Origin: Fidelibacterota bacterium
GTDB taxonomy: Bacteria; Fidelibacterota; Marinisomatia; Marinisomatales; UBA2128
Assembly (NCBI GenBank): GCA_046861645.1
Contig: JBHHUM010000028.1
Span: 1-26,438 of the forward strand
DNA: 26,438 bases
Reading direction: 5' to 3'
Of this stretch, positions 24,181 through 26,438 are shown piece by piece; within the stretch, counting starts at the first letter, position 1; every line of letters starts with the position of its first letter. The translations under genes were made by a program, and so were the position numbers. Under the pieces are notes generated by a model. The model did no database searches and was not told the DNA's origin. It saw only the letters and a program-made list of their open reading frames with translations.

Positions 24181-26438
24181 TCACTTTAACAGAAGCATTC
24201 GTTTTTTATCTACAAACTTATTTGTTCTCATTAAATAGATATAGGGTCCAGAGGAAACAGGAACTCCGTTTTCGTTTTTACCATTCCAAATAATAGAGTG
24301 ATTTCCACCAGATAACTCTTCATTTATTAGTGTTATCACACGCCTACCTAATAGGTCGTAAATCTCAAGATGAACAAGTTCACTTTTAGGGATGGAAAAG
24401 ACAATTGTAGTGTTAGGATTAAAGGGATTAGGATAGTTTTGGTGTAAAACGTAATTATTTGGTAATGCATTTTCCTCATCTTGGATATTCACCATAAACT
24501 TTTTGGAAAGGCGAAGATTGTCAAAGTAGATCGCTCCTTCGGTTGCCCCTCCTATTTGGTGAGTCAATTGAAAACTATCGATCCTGAGGGTACCCTCGAG
24601 TAAACCATTGCCAATCCATGTTCCCACGGGATCAGTACCTAAGTCCCATTCGATGAGTCGCCAACCAACCCAATCAATGGTGGTCCAGAAACTAACTTCG
24701 TGATAGGGCGCTCCGGCATCAGGAACATGATCGTCCACACAAAAGCGAAATTTATTGTTACTTCCATCACCAAAAAGGTAACATTGCAATGTGTATGTTG
24801 TATCGAACCAGACATCCCTGGGGGGACCTCCGGAAAGGTATTCTCTTAGCAAATGCTCTGATGCTGAAGTATCCCAGACATAAGACAATTTAGCGGACTT
24901 ATGGGGTGAAGTAACTGGTAAGTAGATCTCCGTACTACTTCCAAATGCTGTGCCGGCGAGTATACCTGTAGTAGAGCCACTCTGATTAGGTTGCCACCAA
25001 TTATTGACCGTCGTAAAATCATCAATCATAGTGATATCACTGTATTGGACTGCTGAGGTCATAAAATATGTCGTCAGGGTTTCTGAAATAGGATTGCCAA
25101 GTAGATCGGTAATATTGTCACTTAGTGTAAGGCTATATTCAGTATCAGGATGTAACGGTTCTACAGAACGGATACTTAACACCGATCTGCCCAGAACAAC
25201 GTTATGTAAGAATTCGATAGGGACCATATTTTCGAGAAGTGAAAGAAGGATAGTTGTGTCGTTTAAAGTGGCATTATCTACGATTTCATCGAATACAATA
25301 TAAAATACATCCTCCACGTCTATGTTAAAGGAGTAAGAGGCAAAGTCAGGATAACTTTGATTGATAAAAGGACCATGGATGTCCACTTCTTCCGTGGTAA
25401 AATGTAGTATAAATGCATCTCCCCCAACACCATCAGCATTACCATCAATCTGCATACCATTGACATCCACGGCTAAGGTATCAATCACAAGGGTGTAAGT
25501 GGTGGCATTTTCAAGATTCTGGTCAAAACTAATCGTAAGAGTTTTATGATTAGAAGTCCATAAGGTTTGCTCAATATTAACAAAAGGAGTCAGAGTAATA
25601 GCACCGTTGACACTATTAATATCCATTGTTTTGGAGAAAGTTATTTGCAATGATATATTAACCGCAGTCGTATCTCCTTCTAGAGGAAATGTAGAAATAA
25701 TTACGGGAGGAAAGGAAGGAATCGAATCTGTGACAGAGACGTTTGATACGGGGGATTCATTCCAAAAGCGGTCTGAGGAAGTAGCCGCGTAATGATACTG
25801 TCCATTAAAATCTTGTGTTCCTGACAAGCTATCAGTAAAGGAAAAAGCTGTATCTCCAAAATGGATGTTAATAATTTCATCTTCACTGGTATCAATATTA
25901 GCATCCTCAGATCTGTAAATTGAATACCAGTGAGCAGTCGTTCCTGTATCAGTGGGGGAAACAGTGATTTGATAAGTTAGGGAATCAAAGGGGGTTAAAT
26001 CCAGTGTTACCGGGCCAGGACTTATACTATCGATCAAACCTGTTGAACGAATTTTTGTTTTGGTACTAAAGAAAAGTTCTTTTGCTTGCTCCCAGTATTG
26101 ATAGAATTTCCACGTTCCATAACTAAAAAACTGGAACCCGTCAACCCAAGGAACAGTACGACATGTCGCCACGATTTCCTCATGGTTATTCCAGACACTG
26201 TAATCAGCTAACCTATAGGATCCGGGGCCAACGGAGTAAAGACGTCCGGCTGTAATACCTTCCTGAATCCACTGTTTCCAGCAGTTAGGACAGGAACCAG
26301 ATAGCATCCCGTAAAATTCGTTTCCGGTAGTCCAATGATAATGCATAGGTGAAAGTTGCTCAATGGAGCCTTCATTAAACCATAAGGCTGCGTCCTGGTA
26401 AACGACACCATATCCATTCCAACCGCCCCAATTATATC
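24181..26438 (-). CDS. Family 10 glycosyl hydrolase-like (GHL10/DUF187, YddW/DigH-like) multi-domain secreted protein with FN3-like, two Big_5 Ig-like, CBM-like and T9SS CTD domains; 5' end beyond the right edge
   Basis: The frame stays open upstream of the track's ATG 26346 to the window edge: YNWGGWNGYGVVYQDAALWFNEGSIEQLSPMHY, resembling the GHL10 YQD..W...G..D...PM.Y motif. Also VDGFQFFS, Ig-like segments (ITFSKTMD, IVFDEIVD..ITDLLGNPI), and CTD LHQNYPNPFNPNTT..KRMLLLK. Confidence 0.85.
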   Translation of the reverse strand, partial: YNWGGWNGYGVVYQDAALWFNEGSIEQLSPMHYHWTTGNEFYGMLSGSCPNCWKQWIQEGITAGRLYSVGPGSYRLADYSVWNNHEEIVATCRTVPWVDGFQFFSYGTWKFYQYWEQAKELFFSTKTKIRSTGLIDSISPGPVTLDLTPFDSLTYQITVSPTDTGTTAHWYSIYRSEDANIDTSEDEIINIHFGDTAFSFTDSLSGTQDFNGQYHYAATSSDRFWNESPVSNVSVTDSIPSFPPVIISTFPLEGDTTAVNISLQITFSKTMDINSVNGAITLTPFVNIEQTLWTSNHKTLTISFDQNLENATTYTLVIDTLAVDVNGMQIDGNADGVGGDAFILHFTTEEVDIHGPFINQSYPDFASYSFNIDVEDVFYIVFDEIVDNATLNDTTILLSLLENMVPIEFLHNVVLGRSVLSIRSVEPLHPDTEYSLTLSDNITDLLGNPISETLTTYFMTSAVQYSDITMIDDFTTVNNWWQPNQSGSTTGILAGTAFGSSTEIYLPVTSPHKSAKLSYVWDTSASEHLLREYLSGGPPRDVWFDTTYTLQCYLFGDGSNNKFRFCVDDHVPDAGAPYHEVSFWTTIDWVGWRLIEWDLGTDPVGTWIGNGLLEGTLRIDSFQLTHQIGGATEGAIYFDNLRLSKKFMVNIQDEENALPNNYVLHQNYPNPFNPNTTIVFSIPKSELVHLEIYDLLGRRVITLINEELSGGNHSIIWNGKNENGVPVSSGPYIYLMRTNKFVDKKRMLLLK

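Noticed and set aside
1824..26417. Remaining short antisense or alternate-frame ORFs in the track (e.g. 2767..3492, 3808..4359, 12100..12462, 21028..21372, 25004..25303, 26208..26417)
   Set aside because: All overlap well-supported genes and show no motifs or RBS support.
1..26438. CRISPR arrays, tRNA/rRNA genes, IS elements, phage or defence genes
   Set aside because: No regularly spaced repeats, RNA-gene signatures, or transposase/integrase motifs were seen. The repeated blocks are protein-level paralogy between the two TBDR units.

Overview
This 26.4 kb bacterial window most likely comes from a non-Bacteroidota FCB-group lineage (Marinimicrobia/KSB1/Calditrichota-like). That placement is inferred from canonical sigma70-type promoters and Shine-Dalgarno sites occurring together with T9SS-type C-terminal domains and a PorV/PorQ-family gene. 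From left to right: (1) a secreted FG-GAP/VCBS Ca-binding repeat protein on the minus strand, truncated by the left edge and missed by the ORF track; (2) a divergent three-gene split cobalamin methyltransferase module (UroD/MtaA-CmuA-family enzyme, corrinoid protein, homocysteine S-methyltransferase domain), followed by a Na+/solute symporter and a class-A-beta-lactamase-fold serine hydrolase; (3) a ~15 kb outer-membrane uptake cluster with two paralogous TonB-dependent receptors, each followed by a paralogous ~710-aa FN3 + CTD partner instead of SusD, plus a PorV/PorQ-like barrel, two lipoproteins and a secreted beta-propeller protein; (4) a bidirectional terminator; (5) convergent minus-strand genes for an apparently degenerate NamZ/DUF1343 protein and a GHL10 (YddW/DigH-like) multi-domain secreted hydrolase truncated by the right edge. 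My overall reading (inference) is a SusD-less, T9SS-assisted polysaccharide-utilisation-like locus aimed at cell-wall/peptidoglycan material, with an attached B12-dependent demethylation-to-methionine module. I saw no RNA genes, CRISPR arrays or mobile elements. All family calls come from motif recognition, not database searches.
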